Assembly (NCBI RefSeq): GCF_009914755.1
Contig: NC_060936.1
Strand: one strand, 5' to 3'
Length of the DNA: 64,000 bases
From: the human T2T-CHM13v2.0 reference genome, Homo sapiens
The notes under the pieces are model-generated. The model did no database searches. It saw only the letters and a list, made by a program, of their open reading frames with translations, and had not been told where the DNA came from. Position numbers and translations under genes: made by a program. This document shows, one piece after another, positions 1 to 16,776 of the stretch (position 1 is its first letter; every line of letters begins with the position of its first letter).

Positions 1-1067
1 CCATCAGCAGACACCGCCCGACGGCCTGGGTGCCGACCAGAGTAGGAAAGCATAATCACACAGCAACGCTTTACACATGACAACCTCCTTACAGGTAGAT
101 GCTGAGGAGATGAGCAGCTACTGTCCTAAATAATCCCTAACATCTGAGCAGTCACCAAGAATTTCACTGTAAATGTACCATTATTAGTTTATACATTTTA
201 TCACTGAAAAGATCTCTAGTCCTTTTCACATGGCAAAGTGGTCCAGATGGCTAGACCGTAAGTGGCAAATTCAGGCCTATGGCCACCAGGCAGATATTTA
301 TATAAGTCGGCAAAATAAGCAGGGTTTCAACCAAACACTGACGCAGGAGATAGGCTCAGGGCCAGGCGCCAGCAGGAACAGGTGACCAGGGGCATCCCGC
401 AAAGGTGTGCACGTAGACCCAGCGCTGCTGCCCCAGACACCTGGGCCAGAGCTCACACATCTGTAACTTCAGGACCCCAAAGTAAATAAACTAAGTTGAA
501 AAAAATCAGGAATCTAGACTTTTTTACATGCTACTTCTCAACTTAAATGCTGGCAGTGAGTTTTCAGAATTGTTTCAAATAAACACATGTGAAATGCAGT
601 CTGATTTCAGTAATTTAGGGTTTTTTGTTGTTGTTATTTAGTTTTAAGAAATTTTTAAAAATATACTGCAGGCCAGGTACAGTGGCTCACGCCTATAATC
701 CCAGTATTTTGGGAGGCCAAGGTATGACGATCACTTGAGCCCAGGAGTTCAAGACCAGCCTGGGAAACATGGTGAGACCCCGTTTCTACACACACAAAAA
801 ATTAAAATTAGCCAGGTGTGGTGACACGCACCTGTGGTCCAAGCTACTTGACAGCAGAGGCAGGAAGATCCCTTGAACCTGGGAGGCAGAGGCTGCAGTG
901 AGCTCTGACTCTGCCACTGGCCTCCAGCCTGGGCGACAGAGCAAGATCCTGACTCTAATTAAAAAACAAAACAGGCTGGGCCTGGTGGCTCACGCCTGTA
1001 ATCCCAACACTTTGGGAGGCCAAGGCAGGCAGACCATGAGGTCAGGAGATCAATACCATCTTGACTA

Positions 1068-1367
<300 letters not shown>

Positions 1368-1596
1368 TCAGCACTGCTGCCAGTCAGACCACAGCAGAAC
1401 CTTGACTCCACCTGCATCTTCACTCTCTAACTTGAAGCTCTCCTTGCTAAACTCACAGCCCCACGTGGGACTCAGATGGCACACGGCAGGCACAGGCACA
1501 CAACAGCTCAGACAGTGAGTGCGCAGGGCACCTGCTCCCAAGGGGCTGAGCGACGCGGACGTGGAGGGTGGGAAAAGCGGGGTAACGGATGCTTAC

Positions 1597-1869
1597 ACAG
1601 TTGCGTTTCTTGCATAGGAAGACTGAGTCTGAGAGACTGCAAAGCTTCTTTTCTAACACTGCCCTCAGCACTAGTTCCCTGAGACTTCCTTAGGTTGTCA
1701 TGGAAACCAGCCACACCTGGAGAGGCATCAGGGCCCACTGGGCTTGTGGTGGGATCGAGAGACGACGGAGGGTCTGGGAAGGGTGGCGTTGGCCCGTTCT
1801 GACAGAGGCCTCCCTGGCCAGGTCCATCCGGGCTTTCCCCTTCCGTGGATGCTCTGTTTACCTCGGCAC
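1597..1869 (-). CDS. GOLGA3: GOLGA3 (golgin-160) exon 3, 273 nt, phase 1-1
   Basis: Reverse strand reads (C)AEVNRASTEGESPDGPGQGGLCQNGPTPPFPDPPSSLDPTTSPVGPDASPGVAGFHDNLRKSQGTSAEGSVRKEALQSLRLSLPMQETQL, which matches the golgin-160 N-terminal head as I recall it; acceptor tttccag| at 1870, donor |GTAAGC at 1596. Confidence 0.95.
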
Positions 1870-2094
1870 CTGGAAAGACAGAGCACGCTGGACCACCATG
1901 GCTTTAACAACAAGGTGACGTCGCTTTTCAGACATGCAGCTGGAGTAGGAGAGAAGAGGATCCAGACTCATGAGCACGGCACTTTCTCATCCCACAAAGG
2001 CTTCACTCTGAGAGGAGCAGCCCATGGGCCCCGTCCCACAGGCGGGGTGGCCAGGATAAGGCCCACAGCCCCTCTGGTGTCCACGTCCTTCCTG

Positions 2095-2985
2095 TAAGGT
2101 GAACCTGCCCTCCACACCTCCACACTCTAACGTGAACCCGCCCTCCACACCTCTACGCTCTAACGTGAACTCACCCTCCACACCTCCACACTCTAATGTG
2201 AACCCGCCCTCCACTCCTCCACGCTCTAAGGTGAACCCGCCCTCCACACCTCCACGCTCTAAGGTGAACCCGCCCTCCACACCTCCACGCTCTAAGGTGA
2301 ACCCCCCCCTCCACACCTCCACGCTCTAAGGTGAACCCACCCTCCACACCTCCACGCTCTAACGTGAACCCGCCCTCCACTCCTCCACGCTCTAAGGTGA
2401 ACCCGCCCTCCACACCTCCACGCTCTAAGGTGAACCCGCCCTCCACTCCTCCACGCTCTAAGGTGAACCCGCACTCCACACCTCCACGCTCTAAGGTGAA
2501 CCCACCCTCCACACCTCCACACTCTAACGTGAACCCGCCCTCCACTCCTCCACGCTCTAAGGTGAACCCGCCCTCCACACCTCCACGCTCTAAGGTGAAC
2601 CCACCCTCCACACCTCCACGCTCTAAGGTGAAGCCCCCCTCCACACCTCCACACTCTAAGGTGAACCCGCCCTCCACACCTCCACACTCTAAGGTGAACT
2701 CACCCTCCACACCTCCACGCTCTAAGGTGAACCCCCCCCCACACCTCCACACTCTAAGGTGAACTCACCCTCCACTCCTCCACGCTCTAAGGTGAACCCA
2801 CCCTCCACACCTGTACGCTCTAACGTGAACCCGCCCTCCACACCTCCACGCTCTAAGGTGAACCCCCCCTCCACTCCTCCATGCTCTAAGGTGAACCCAC
2901 CCTCCACTCCTCCATGCTCTAAGGTGAACTCGCCCTCCACACCTCTACACTATAAGGTGAACTCACCCTCCACACCTCCACACTC
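2095..2985. repeat. Minisatellite, ~33-bp unit (TAAGGTGAACCCGCCCTCCACACCTCCACGCTC) x ~27, in GOLGA3 intron 2
   Basis: Periodicity read directly; explains the PPSTPPRSKVN pseudo-ORFs. Confidence 0.95.
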
Positions 2986-4127
2986 TTGGCTGTAGAATTT
3001 ATGTAGTAACGACAGTAACATTTCCTCTTCTCTTTTTTGAGACGGAGTCTCATTCTGCTGCCCAGGCTGGAGTTCAGTCACACAAGCTCAGCTCACTGCA
3101 AGCTCCACTCACCAGATTCAAGCGATTCTCCTGCTTCAGCCTCCCCAGTAGCTGGGATTACAGGTGCCCACCACCACACCTGGCTAATTTTTGGTCTTTT
3201 TAGTAGAGATGGGGTTTCACCATGTTGGCCAGTCTGGTCTCAAACTCCTCCCCATTCACCAGCCTCGGCCTCCCACAGTGCTGGGATTACAGGCGTGAGC
3301 CACCGCACCCAGCCAATGTTTCCTTTCCATTTAAGTAAAACCAATAAGAAATCTTATGAAAGTCGCCAGTTTAAAACAAGCGAAAACCACAAACACTTAA
3401 AACACAGCTGACAATCTTTCTAGCAGGCACTGGTAACAGCAGTGTTAATCAGAGTCACAGCCTCACATTTACAAAGGCTGATTTTGGAGTCATTTCAAAG
3501 CCTCAGCTTATCCTCCAAGGCGAGGACCCTAAGGCGAAGAGGTGGATGATGTCATCACACCACCCGTGAAGCAGAGACAGCCCAGAACCGCGCTTCTGCT
3601 TGATGACAGCCTGCTGGGTAAAGGCCTGGGTTGGACCAGTGACAATTCTATACCCACGTGTTACCTCAGTTCACCCACTAAAATGATTATATACAAATTA
3701 CCCACAACACAAACTAAAACATATTTCCTCATCAAATGGAACAAAGAAAGATTTCTTTCAATGAAGTGATTTTCAGTCTTTTCCCTGCCCCCTAACTGCT
3801 GACTGGTGGGTGGGCCAGTTCACAGTCAAAGAACCAAGACATGTGAGGGGGGAGGGAGGGTCCTCAGGGGGTTCTGGTCCTGGTTCCGGTGGCTCTGGAG
3901 GCCCGGCAACACCTCCGTGTCTCACAGGGGTCAGCATTCCTCGGATCCCACGTGCATGCAGGACAGCAAATTTGCTTTTTGCTCAAGCAAATTAAAAATG
4001 AGTTTCTTAGCCGGGCGCGGTGGCTCACGCCTGTAATCCCAGCACTTTGGGAAGCTGAGGCAGGTGGATCACGAGGTCAGGAGATCGAGACTATCCTGGC
4101 TAACACGGCGAAACCCCGTCTCTACTA

Positions 4128-4346
<219 letters not shown>

Positions 4347-4645
4347 TTACTGTCATGCCTCCCGAAAGAAAAACCAGAATAAAAGCAGGGGTGCCAGACA
4401 GGAAGCCAGACCACGGGCACCCGACCAACGCACTGAGACGCCTTTCATGCAAAGGACCCGTGAGCTCCACTGCTGGGAGAGGGGGAACCTTGCATTTCAG
4501 ATAAAAGTTACTGGGTTAGGCCGGGCGCAGTGGCTCACACCTGTAATCCCAGCACTTTGGGAGGCCGAGGTGGAAGGATAACTCAAGGCCAGGAATTCAA
4601 GACCAGCCCGGGCAACAGCAAGACTGTTTATACAAAAAGTTTTTA

Positions 4646-4771
<126 letters not shown>

Positions 4772-5541
4772 CTACTAAAAATACAAAATTAGCTGGGCGT
4801 GGTGGCACATGCCTGTAATCCCAGCTACTCAGGAGGCTGAGGCAGAAGATCGCTTGAACCCGGGAGGCGGAGGTTGCCATGAGCCGAGATCGCACCATTG
4901 CACTACAGCCTGGACAACAACAGCAAAACTCCGTCTCAAAAAAAAAAAAATCAGCTAGGCGTGCTGACACGCATCGATAGTCACCGCTACCCCAGAGACC
5001 AAGGCAGGAGGATCACTTAAGCCCAGGAGTTCATGGCTGCCGTGAGCTATGATTACACCACTGCACTTCAGCCTGCTCAATGGAGCAACACCCTGACTCT
5101 AAAAACAGTAATAAAATGTTTAAAATAGAAAAAGGGGCGGAGGCTGAGATTAACCCAGCGTCTTGCTCGAGGGCACATTGCTCCTGAGCAGCAGATCTAA
5201 GAGCAGGTTCCACGGCCGCGGGTCTCAGAACTCTTGATCTTGGGCCTCTAAGTTGTTATCTGCCTCACCTGATGCTTATGTAGCAAGGACCAGCAAAGCC
5301 ATCCTAAGCGCCTGAGTATCATTTTACAGGAATTAGACTGTGACTTCTGCTAGTAAATTAGCACATCTGTAGTCTACAGTTTTAAAGCACTGAACCTCCT
5401 GGCCAGGAAGAGGCATGAGAACTGAGTGAATAACTAAGTCACCCTTTCCCTCTGACACGTGAATAACCCAGGGGGCTAACATAACACTGTGCTCCGTAAT
5501 CCTTAGATCTCTACGGGACGACTTCTGAATTCTAGCTATTA

Positions 5542-6314
<773 letters not shown>

Positions 6315-6758
6315 TTACTAAAACATACTTTGGGCCGGGCACAGTGGCTCACACCTGTAATCCCAGCACTTTGAGGCTGAGGCTGAGGCGGGCGGATCAC
6401 GAAGTCAGGAGATCGAGACCATCTTGGCTAACACGGTGAAACCCCGTCTCTACTAAAAATACAAAAAATTAGCCGGGCGCGGTGGCGGGCGCCTGTAATC
6501 CCAGCTACTCAGGAGGCTGGGGCAAGAGAATGGCATGAACCCGGGAGGCGGAGCTTGCAGCGAGCCGAGATCACGCCACTGCAGTCCAGCCTGGGCGAAA
6601 GAGCGAGACTCCGTCTCAAAAAAAAAAAAAAAAAAAACAACTTTGAATTAAGTGAAAAGCTCACAGTGGTCTCAACGCCACATCCTCCCTCAACACCACG
6701 TCCTCCCTCAACACCAGGTCCTCCTGTGACCAGCACACAGAGGAACCTCACGACTTAC

Positions 6759-6891
6759 ACTGGACTTTGTCCTGCTGGTCAGGTGGCACCAGTGGGCCCG
6801 GGGGCTTCAGTGGGGCCTCGGGGAGAGACGAGGGGCCACTGTGGGATCTGTCCTCCTGGAGGCCATCTTGCTCGGCCGACGCGCCGTCCAT
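6759..6891 (-). CDS. GOLGA3: GOLGA3 exon 2 coding part (start codon at 6891; 133 nt)
   Basis: gaccATGG Kozak context; translation MDGASAEQDGLQEDRSHSGPSSLPEAPLKPPGPLVPPDQQDKVQ(C); donor |GTAAGT at 6758; phase matches exon 3. Confidence 0.95.
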
Positions 6892-7074
6892 GGTCAGGAC
6901 GACACCAGCTGAGCTGACGCTGAGGGGCTACAAGTGAACCTTGGACAAGCTTGGCTTCTGCCATCAGCAACAGCCAAGAGCTCCTGGGAGGGGCCCTACT
7001 GTGTCTCCCATTTTCAGGAGAAGATCTGATGACTCACAAATGACTTGATGTCAAACCAGCTAATATCATGATAC
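6892..7074 (-). other. GOLGA3: GOLGA3 exon 2 5'UTR part (183 nt) containing three upstream ATGs
   Basis: Acceptor ctctctctcctgtcag|G at 7075/7074; ATGs at 7069, 7011 and 6964. Confidence 0.8.
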
Positions 7075-7379
7075 CTGACAGGAGAGAGAGACAAAATGTA
7101 TTATGAAACTTGTCAGATTTCAAGTATCAATTACAAAATTAGCATTTGGTTCCCAATTTGCATACGTACAAGAAACAAATACAAACTTTTTCATTCAGCA
7201 AATAATCCTGGAGCACCCACAACATCCTAGGTTTTGAGGCTAAGATGCTGACCCAGCCACACTGGGCCCTTTCCTGAAGGAGCTTAATGTCTGTATCGGT
7301 GCCAACTAAAGAACATTCTGCTGGGACAGCGCAGCTCTGAATCTGTGGAGTAGGTGTCACACAGGGCAACTGAGCTTTA

Positions 7380-7785
<406 letters not shown>

Positions 7786-8160
7786 TCAGGTTGGACAACT
7801 CAGATCCAGAGAAACAAAACTTTAAAAAGCAGGTGCCATGGGATGTGGTAACTGTATACAGGGTGTACAAGGACACCAGAAAGGCAGCTGCCTTGGAGTG
7901 GGGGCACAGAAAGGGCATCTCACGGCAGGGCCCGTTCCCGTCTTTACCTCTAGCTGGGTTAGCTCTCTCAGCCTGCCCTGCCGGGCTACATTCAGGGGAG
8001 CAAAACTTTGCCCAACATTTGGCAAGTGATTATCCACCCTGAAATGTGCTGGTGATATTATTAACTCATTTCCTTATCAACAGGTAAGACACTAGCATGA
8101 GCTTCCATTCATTCTGCAGAAATGTTGGCATTTATTCCTTTAAAATCAGTTTCATATTAA

Positions 8161-8548
<388 letters not shown>

Positions 8549-9941
8549 CTAAAAAAAAAAAAGGGCTGCGTGTGATGGCTCATGCCTGTAATCCCATAAC
8601 TTTGGGGGGTCAAGGTGGGTGGATCACTTGAGGTCAGAATTTCAAGACCAGCCTGGCCAACAAGGTGAAACCTCGTCTCTACTAAAAATACAAAAATTAG
8701 CCAGGCATGGCAGCGCGTGCCTGTAATCCCAGCTACTCAGGAGGCTAAGGCAGGAACATCGCTTGAACCTGGGAGACAGAGGTTGCGTGAGCCAAAATTG
8801 TGCCACTGCACTCCAGCCTGGGAGACAAGCACAAAACTCCATCTCAAAAAACAAAAAACAACAAAAAAAAGAGAAGCCCACGTGGCTGGTCCTCGAGAGC
8901 ATGTGTGTCACTGACCCCGCAGCAGGACGTGCCTGTCTTTCTAGGGGTTTTTACTCTACCTGCCATCTAGACTGGTCACCCGTAAAAGAGGAAACCTATG
9001 GGTGGTGGGTGTAACCCAGTCCACTGACACAGTCAATGACTCACTGAAGGGCGTGCAGACCTGTGAGTATCTGCTCATAACTATAATAATCCACCATTCC
9101 TCTCTGCCACCTTGCATCCTACAGGCCAGAGACAGTTATGAGTTCATAACAGTGTTGTTCAGAATATTAAAAGGTTACGTATGCTATTAGTGTAAAACTA
9201 GCATTAAGGGTTTGTAACCAGAAAGCACTGTGAATAGAAATGTGTCCTAACATTAGTAACTATAAATCTCACATAGCTAATCAAGAAACTACTGTAAACA
9301 AAGGATCCTAGATGTCTTGACTCAGGGTGCCTGGCACATAAAAATATTTAAAGATTAAAGCAATGTCTGAAGCACAGAAGTGAAGGAAGTTACCAAGGCT
9401 GGTCAAAAGCTAATCCTGTGTGCAACGAATTCTCAATCTCATGTTTGCGTCTATGATCATCTAGTAACATCTCTCATCCCTGGATTTTCCGGGTGGGTGG
9501 GTGATAAATGGGCCTTAGAGCCTAGGCAGGGATCTGAACTACACACCTGTCCTTACACACAGCACAGAACCCTCTGAAAATCACTTTCCAGGAAAAACAC
9601 TGCGATCTCCACCAAGCCTGCCCCTCAGCTACAATCCCAGACACACTCCAAGAGAACTGGGGGTCAGCCGGCCACGCCCACCTGGGAATGGAGAAGACAC
9701 CCACAAAACAAGGGGAGGAGCATCAGCAAAATGATGGCTGCTTATCACAGGCTTGCCCCTTTGACAGATGAATTACAAACTGGCACGGAGGACTACACGC
9801 GGTGGAATGTGGACTCGACTGCGCCACTGAATACTGGTACCCTGTACATCTGGTCCTCTTGAAAATTTCCTAGCAAAAGAAAACTTGCGTTTTGCTTTGT
9901 GATGTCTTTGCTTCTGCCTTGCGGGGGTGGGGTGATTATAT

Positions 9942-10047
9942 GGAACCGACCGTGTGTGCCTACGCGTGCAGACCCTCCTGGCCCCTCAGGTAAAGGAACC
10001 GACGGTGTGTGCCTGCGCGTGCAGACCCTCCTGGCCCCGCAGGTAAA
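9942..10047. repeat. 53-bp tandem duplication (2 copies)
   Basis: GGAACCGAC...CAGGTAAA at 9942 and 9995. Confidence 0.9.
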
Positions 10048-10427
10048 GTGTCTCGTCTACCCCCTCTGCCATCACTGTACCTCACGTGGCCTCCACCACA
10101 GCACGTCATGTCTGCCATTGCGTGTGTGCCCATTACATGGCGAGATCCTTGAAGACAGAGACTCATTCCCCGTCTGCCTCCCACCACCTTGAACACTCCC
10201 AACTCCTAAAGTGCCAACACAGGTTTAATTTGCCGAATTAAATCTTCAGTTCTGCTGATTCTGCTGAGTACATTCCTCTGCTACAAAGCTAATGGTTCCA
10301 AAACAAAATGATTAAGTATTTGAATCCTGGAGCATCAACACTGCCTTTTAAAATACAGCAAAGTCTAAACTAGTCCAGCTGAAACATCTGTGAGCTTCAG
10401 TTCCAATGAGGGAGTCCAGGGAGTTAG

Positions 10428-11020
<593 letters not shown>

Positions 11021-12084
11021 AGAAACTGGAAGAGCAGCATCACGGCCACGGCCCAGACAGGCACCACCACCTGAACAGAAGGAAGGATGGGATGACCAGC
11101 AGGACTGGACTCAGCCATTACAGGTGGAACATGCAGAGGAGAACTGCTGCAGAGGAGAACTGCTGCAGAGGCCCACAGTGACGACGCCTGGGCCTTACAC
11201 TGACCAAGAAGGAACACAGCCAAAGACGCTCAGGTTCCACCGAGAGGGCACGCCAACATGGTGACAGCCAACCGCACCGAGCTGAGTCCAGTGCAATCAC
11301 AGATTCTGCTCACTTAATTCCCCTGCTGGTGTCCAAGCAGCCCACCTCTCCAGAACAGAGACCCCATGACGGTGACTGTAAGTCACAAAGACGGCCCCTC
11401 TTTACAGGCAGCTCCTCCTGAAGCCGGACCAGAGAGAGAATTCACTAACTGCCTGGAGTTTGGTGACAGTGATACTTCTCCCTGTAGGGCAATAAGCTGG
11501 CAGTCTCGGTTGATTCCCAGTCTTGCTTGATTTTTAGTTAAAATTTGGAATGACTCAGTCGTCAGGGCCTCATTACCTCAGACTACTGACAAAAAGCGAT
11601 CTCCGGGCAGCGAGGAGGAGGAGCAACTGCCAGTGCATCACAGAAAGCTGGTACTACAAACATGGCTCTATTTTAAATAAAGAGGCCAGTCTAATCAGTC
11701 TCACTTATGATCACTCGCACTCCTGCGTCTCTAGAGAGAAGAGACAGGACAAAGCTGTCACTTAGAACTGCGAAAGGTACACACAACCCTAGGTTCACAG
11801 CTGGGTAACATCAAGGGACTTCATACTGAGAAACCACCACCTCAGGCACCTACAGGACTTTCTGCTTCCCCCACACCTGAATTCTGTATACAAACATTCA
11901 CGGCTCCATCTACACCACCTCGTTTCACCTGTTCCTATCGGGTATTAGAAACAACAGAGCACAGCCAAAAACCAAACACGATTTCCTCAGGAAAAGAGTA
12001 CCTGGTGGAGGCCACACTAGTATCCAAAAGTAAACACAGATCTATACACAAAGTGAAAACCAAAAGCAAGCAAGCCTCATGTCA

Positions 12085-12310
12085 CTGCAGAGACGTGAAG
12101 GGCAGGCTTGGAAGTCAGGACTCCGGCCTCAGCTCCCGACCCTCCACCACTTACCTGTGAGAGCCTGGGCTAAAGATTTCTTAATCACATTTAGCCTGTT
12201 TCCTCACCAGTAAAACAATGAGAAAATGAACGCAAAATTTTGCCAGGATTAAATATAACAAGGCACAGAGTCTGTCCCGTGTCCTCAATAAAATGACAGT
12301 AATTATCACG
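12085..12310. mobile_element. MIR fragment
   Basis: ccaccacttacctgtga...gcctgtttcctcaccagtaaaa core. Confidence 0.55.
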
Positions 12311-12899
12311 ATTTTCCCTTTAGTTGTTGCTTGTCAAAATCGCTAAAAGCCAACTGAAGGCATTCTCACTTGGGAAAGTATGCTACTTCTTAAGGCAATC
12401 GGGGGAAAAAAAGCTCCTCTTCAATCTGAGTGATGTCAGATGATTTATTTCCTTCTTGCCATTTAAGGTATACTGCCTGAAAAGATATTAAAGGGTTATA
12501 AAGCGCTATGTTGATGTCGTTTAAAAGACAGTTCAAAATAATCCACGACGACGGGTGTGGCTGCTCACACCTGTAACACCAGCACTTTGGGAGGCTGGGG
12601 TGGGAGGATCGCTTGAGGCCAGGAGTTCCACACCAGCCTGGGCAATACAGCAACACACCCAGTCTCTTAAAAAAAAAAAAAAAAATCCATGAGTCATCTG
12701 TAAATGGCTTACACTGGCCCAGTGACAATAAACTCCAACCTCTTAAGAATCCAGCACCTGCCTACACCAACATCCTTACCGCCATCGCTTTCCCCCTTTG
12801 CCATTACACTGTGGCCACATCCTCCGCCCTCAGGGTCTTCAAACTTTCTGCCTGAGGCGCGCTTTTCTCACAATTTTGCCTGGCTTGCTTCTCGTCATA

Positions 12900-14350
12900 G
12901 AGGCCTTAGCACGGAAGTCGCCCGCCCCCCAGGCTCCCACTTAGAGTAGCGGACCCCACCCAACCACCGCCCGGTACCCTCTCGCTGGCGACCCTGGGTG
13001 TCCCTGTCCTAGGTGGGCTCCGCGGGGGCAGTGACCCAGACCCACAATACCCAGGACCCGCCACACGACTGACATTCGTCGGGTTCATACCCGTGACAAC
13101 GCCCGGCCCCACTCGCTCTGGCCACCTGGAATGAAGACAAGTCGGCCAGCGACAAAGACAAACAAGGAAGTACACGGACTCCTGAAACCCCGACTTCCCA
13201 CGAACCACCCGACACCATGTCACGCCTTTCAGCTGCAAAGGGCCAGGCTAAAGCAAGCACTGCCCGAGTGGTGGCAGTGGACAGCTTCGGGACAGGCCGC
13301 GCTCGTCGGGCGCAGACAAGCATTCAGGAGGGCTCGCGGGCACCGGCATTTACAGAGCCAGCTCCGCCGCAGCTGAAGGCGGGCGCCCAGGCCCGAGGCC
13401 ACCGCAGCGAGGCGGGGGTGACTGGAACGGGGCCGTCCCGCCACGCTGCAGGGACGCGCCCAGGCCCCGCCGCCCCACGCCCGGCCTCCGCCGCCGCCCC
13501 TCGAGCCTCCCCCGCCCATGCACTGCGGGAGCGGGAGCGGGAGCGGGAGCCCGAGCCCCGAGGCGCCGCGGCCTCCGAGCCCCTCACCCTGCTGCTCTGG
13601 CAGCCCCGGAGGCCGCCCGGCCCGGATGCTCCGGCGGAGACGTGGCCGTGAGAGGGGCGGGGCGAGCGGTGCATCGGCCTCGGGTCCCCGGAAACAGCCT
13701 GCACGCGCTACTTTCGTTCCGGAACAGAGAACGTCCTCCTCTTCTTCAAGTGGCCACCCTAGGGCCGGGGACCCTCTGCCCACAGGGTCCGGATCGAGCT
13801 CACCTCCGACTGTGATGAGGCCGCCTTCAGAAAGTGACCTTAAGAGTTTGCGGACCTTTCCCTAGTAGAAACGCAACTTCCGGAACTGCAGGACCAACTC
13901 TTTCAGGAAGCTGAACCGAGCTTCCGGCGGAAGTGGCGTGGCCGGGGCTCGGCATGGGCGCGGCCGAGCTCGGTGTGGGCGTGACTTCCCCGCCCGCCCT
14001 AGTCGGGTCCCCGCCCCAACCCCGCACCTCCACCCGGCCGGCGCCCTTCGCGCTTCAGGTGCCAGATCAAAGGCGACGCTGCTTTGGACCCTATTTGCTT
14101 CCCCTTTAAAAAGGGCAAAGCTGGACGGCGCGGGCCGCGGGCCGCTGGGGAACGGCTTTCCACCTTCCCTCATCCGCCAGGCCGCTCTTCCAGCTGTCAG
14201 GAAGGAAATGGCCTGGAGGGCGCCTCGGGGTCCTCTGTGATGTTGCGCTCATCTCTGCGGATTTTGGAATACGCTTCAGTCTACGAAGTTTTCTGGGATT
14301 TTGATGGGAACTGCTGCAGATCGTTTGGGGAGCACGGGCATCGCTGACTC
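12900..14350. promoter_or_regulatory. GOLGA3: CpG-island promoter of GOLGA3 with ETS/GABPA and Sp1 motifs
   Basis: Very high GC and CpG density; CCGGAA/TTCCGG motifs at ~13688, 13717, 13878 and an inverted pair CTTCCGGCGGAAG at 13921-13933; GC boxes at ~13653, 13988 and 14009; no TATA box seen. Confidence 0.85.
13588..13700 (-). other. GOLGA3: GOLGA3 non-coding exon 1 (5' boundary/TSS approximate)
   Basis: Donor CAGG|GTGAGG at 13588/13587 inside the CpG island, next to a GC box (GGGGCGGGGC ~13653). Confidence 0.65.
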
Positions 14351-14855
14351 GGTCCTTCATCTGCGTCCCTGGTGGCCCCTCCATTTATTTCGGTCTTTTG
14401 ATTTCTTCCACCAGCATTTTGTAATTTCAGCATACAGATTCTGCACCTTTTAAGTTTATAGTATTTCACATCAAACAACTGTAACACTGCGTTTTTGACG
14501 TTTTCCACGTGTTCACTGTTGGTCTACACAAATGTGATGAATTCTATGTTGATTTTCTTATCCTGAGACCTCGCTGAACTCATTAGTTTGAGGGTTCATT
14601 TGGTGTTTTGCGGTTGTTGTTGTAAAATCCTTGTATTTTTTACATGGGCCATCATGTTATCTGCAAATGCAAATTCTAACACAAAATGATCAGACTGAGG
14701 CGTAAAATGTATGAATGAAACTATACAACTTTTAGAAGAAAACAGAATTTCTCACATCTAGAGCTTGGGGAAGAGTTCTTAGATCTGACCAAAAAAACAC
14801 AATTCACAAAAGAAGTTGATAGAGTAAACTTCATGAAAAAATTAGAAACTTTTCA

Positions 14856-16385
<1,530 letters not shown>

Positions 16386-16581
16386 CTAATCTCTTATACA
16401 TTGCTGATGGGAACAGCAATAGTGCACCCACTCTGGAATATAGTTGGGCAGTTTCTTCAAAAAGTAAACAATTTTATGACCCAGCAACTGCATTCCTAGA
16501 CATTGAACTCAGAGAAATAAACTTATGTCTACACAAAAGCCTGTACATTACTGACCCCAAACTGGAAACAACCAAAATGTC

Positions 16582-16776
16582 CTCTGACATGGTGAAACAA
16601 ACCATGGACCCCCCACGCCACTCTGACATGGTGAAACAAACCGTGGACCACCCACGCCACTCTGACGTGGCAAAACAAACTGTGGACCACCCACGCCACT
16701 CTGACGTGGTGAAACAAACCATGGACCACCCATGCCACTCTGACGTGGTGAAACAAACCGTGGACCACCCATGCCA
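16582..16776. repeat. 39-bp minisatellite x5 inside an old L1 3' region
   Basis: CTCTGAC(A/G)TGGTGAAACAAACC... recurs at 16582, 16621, 16660, 16699 and 16738. Confidence 0.9.

Noticed and set aside
13217-14240. Several 100-184-aa ORFs over the CpG island
   Set aside because: Expected from the scarcity of stop codons in GC-rich DNA; composition is low-complexity Ala/Arg/Pro/Gly.
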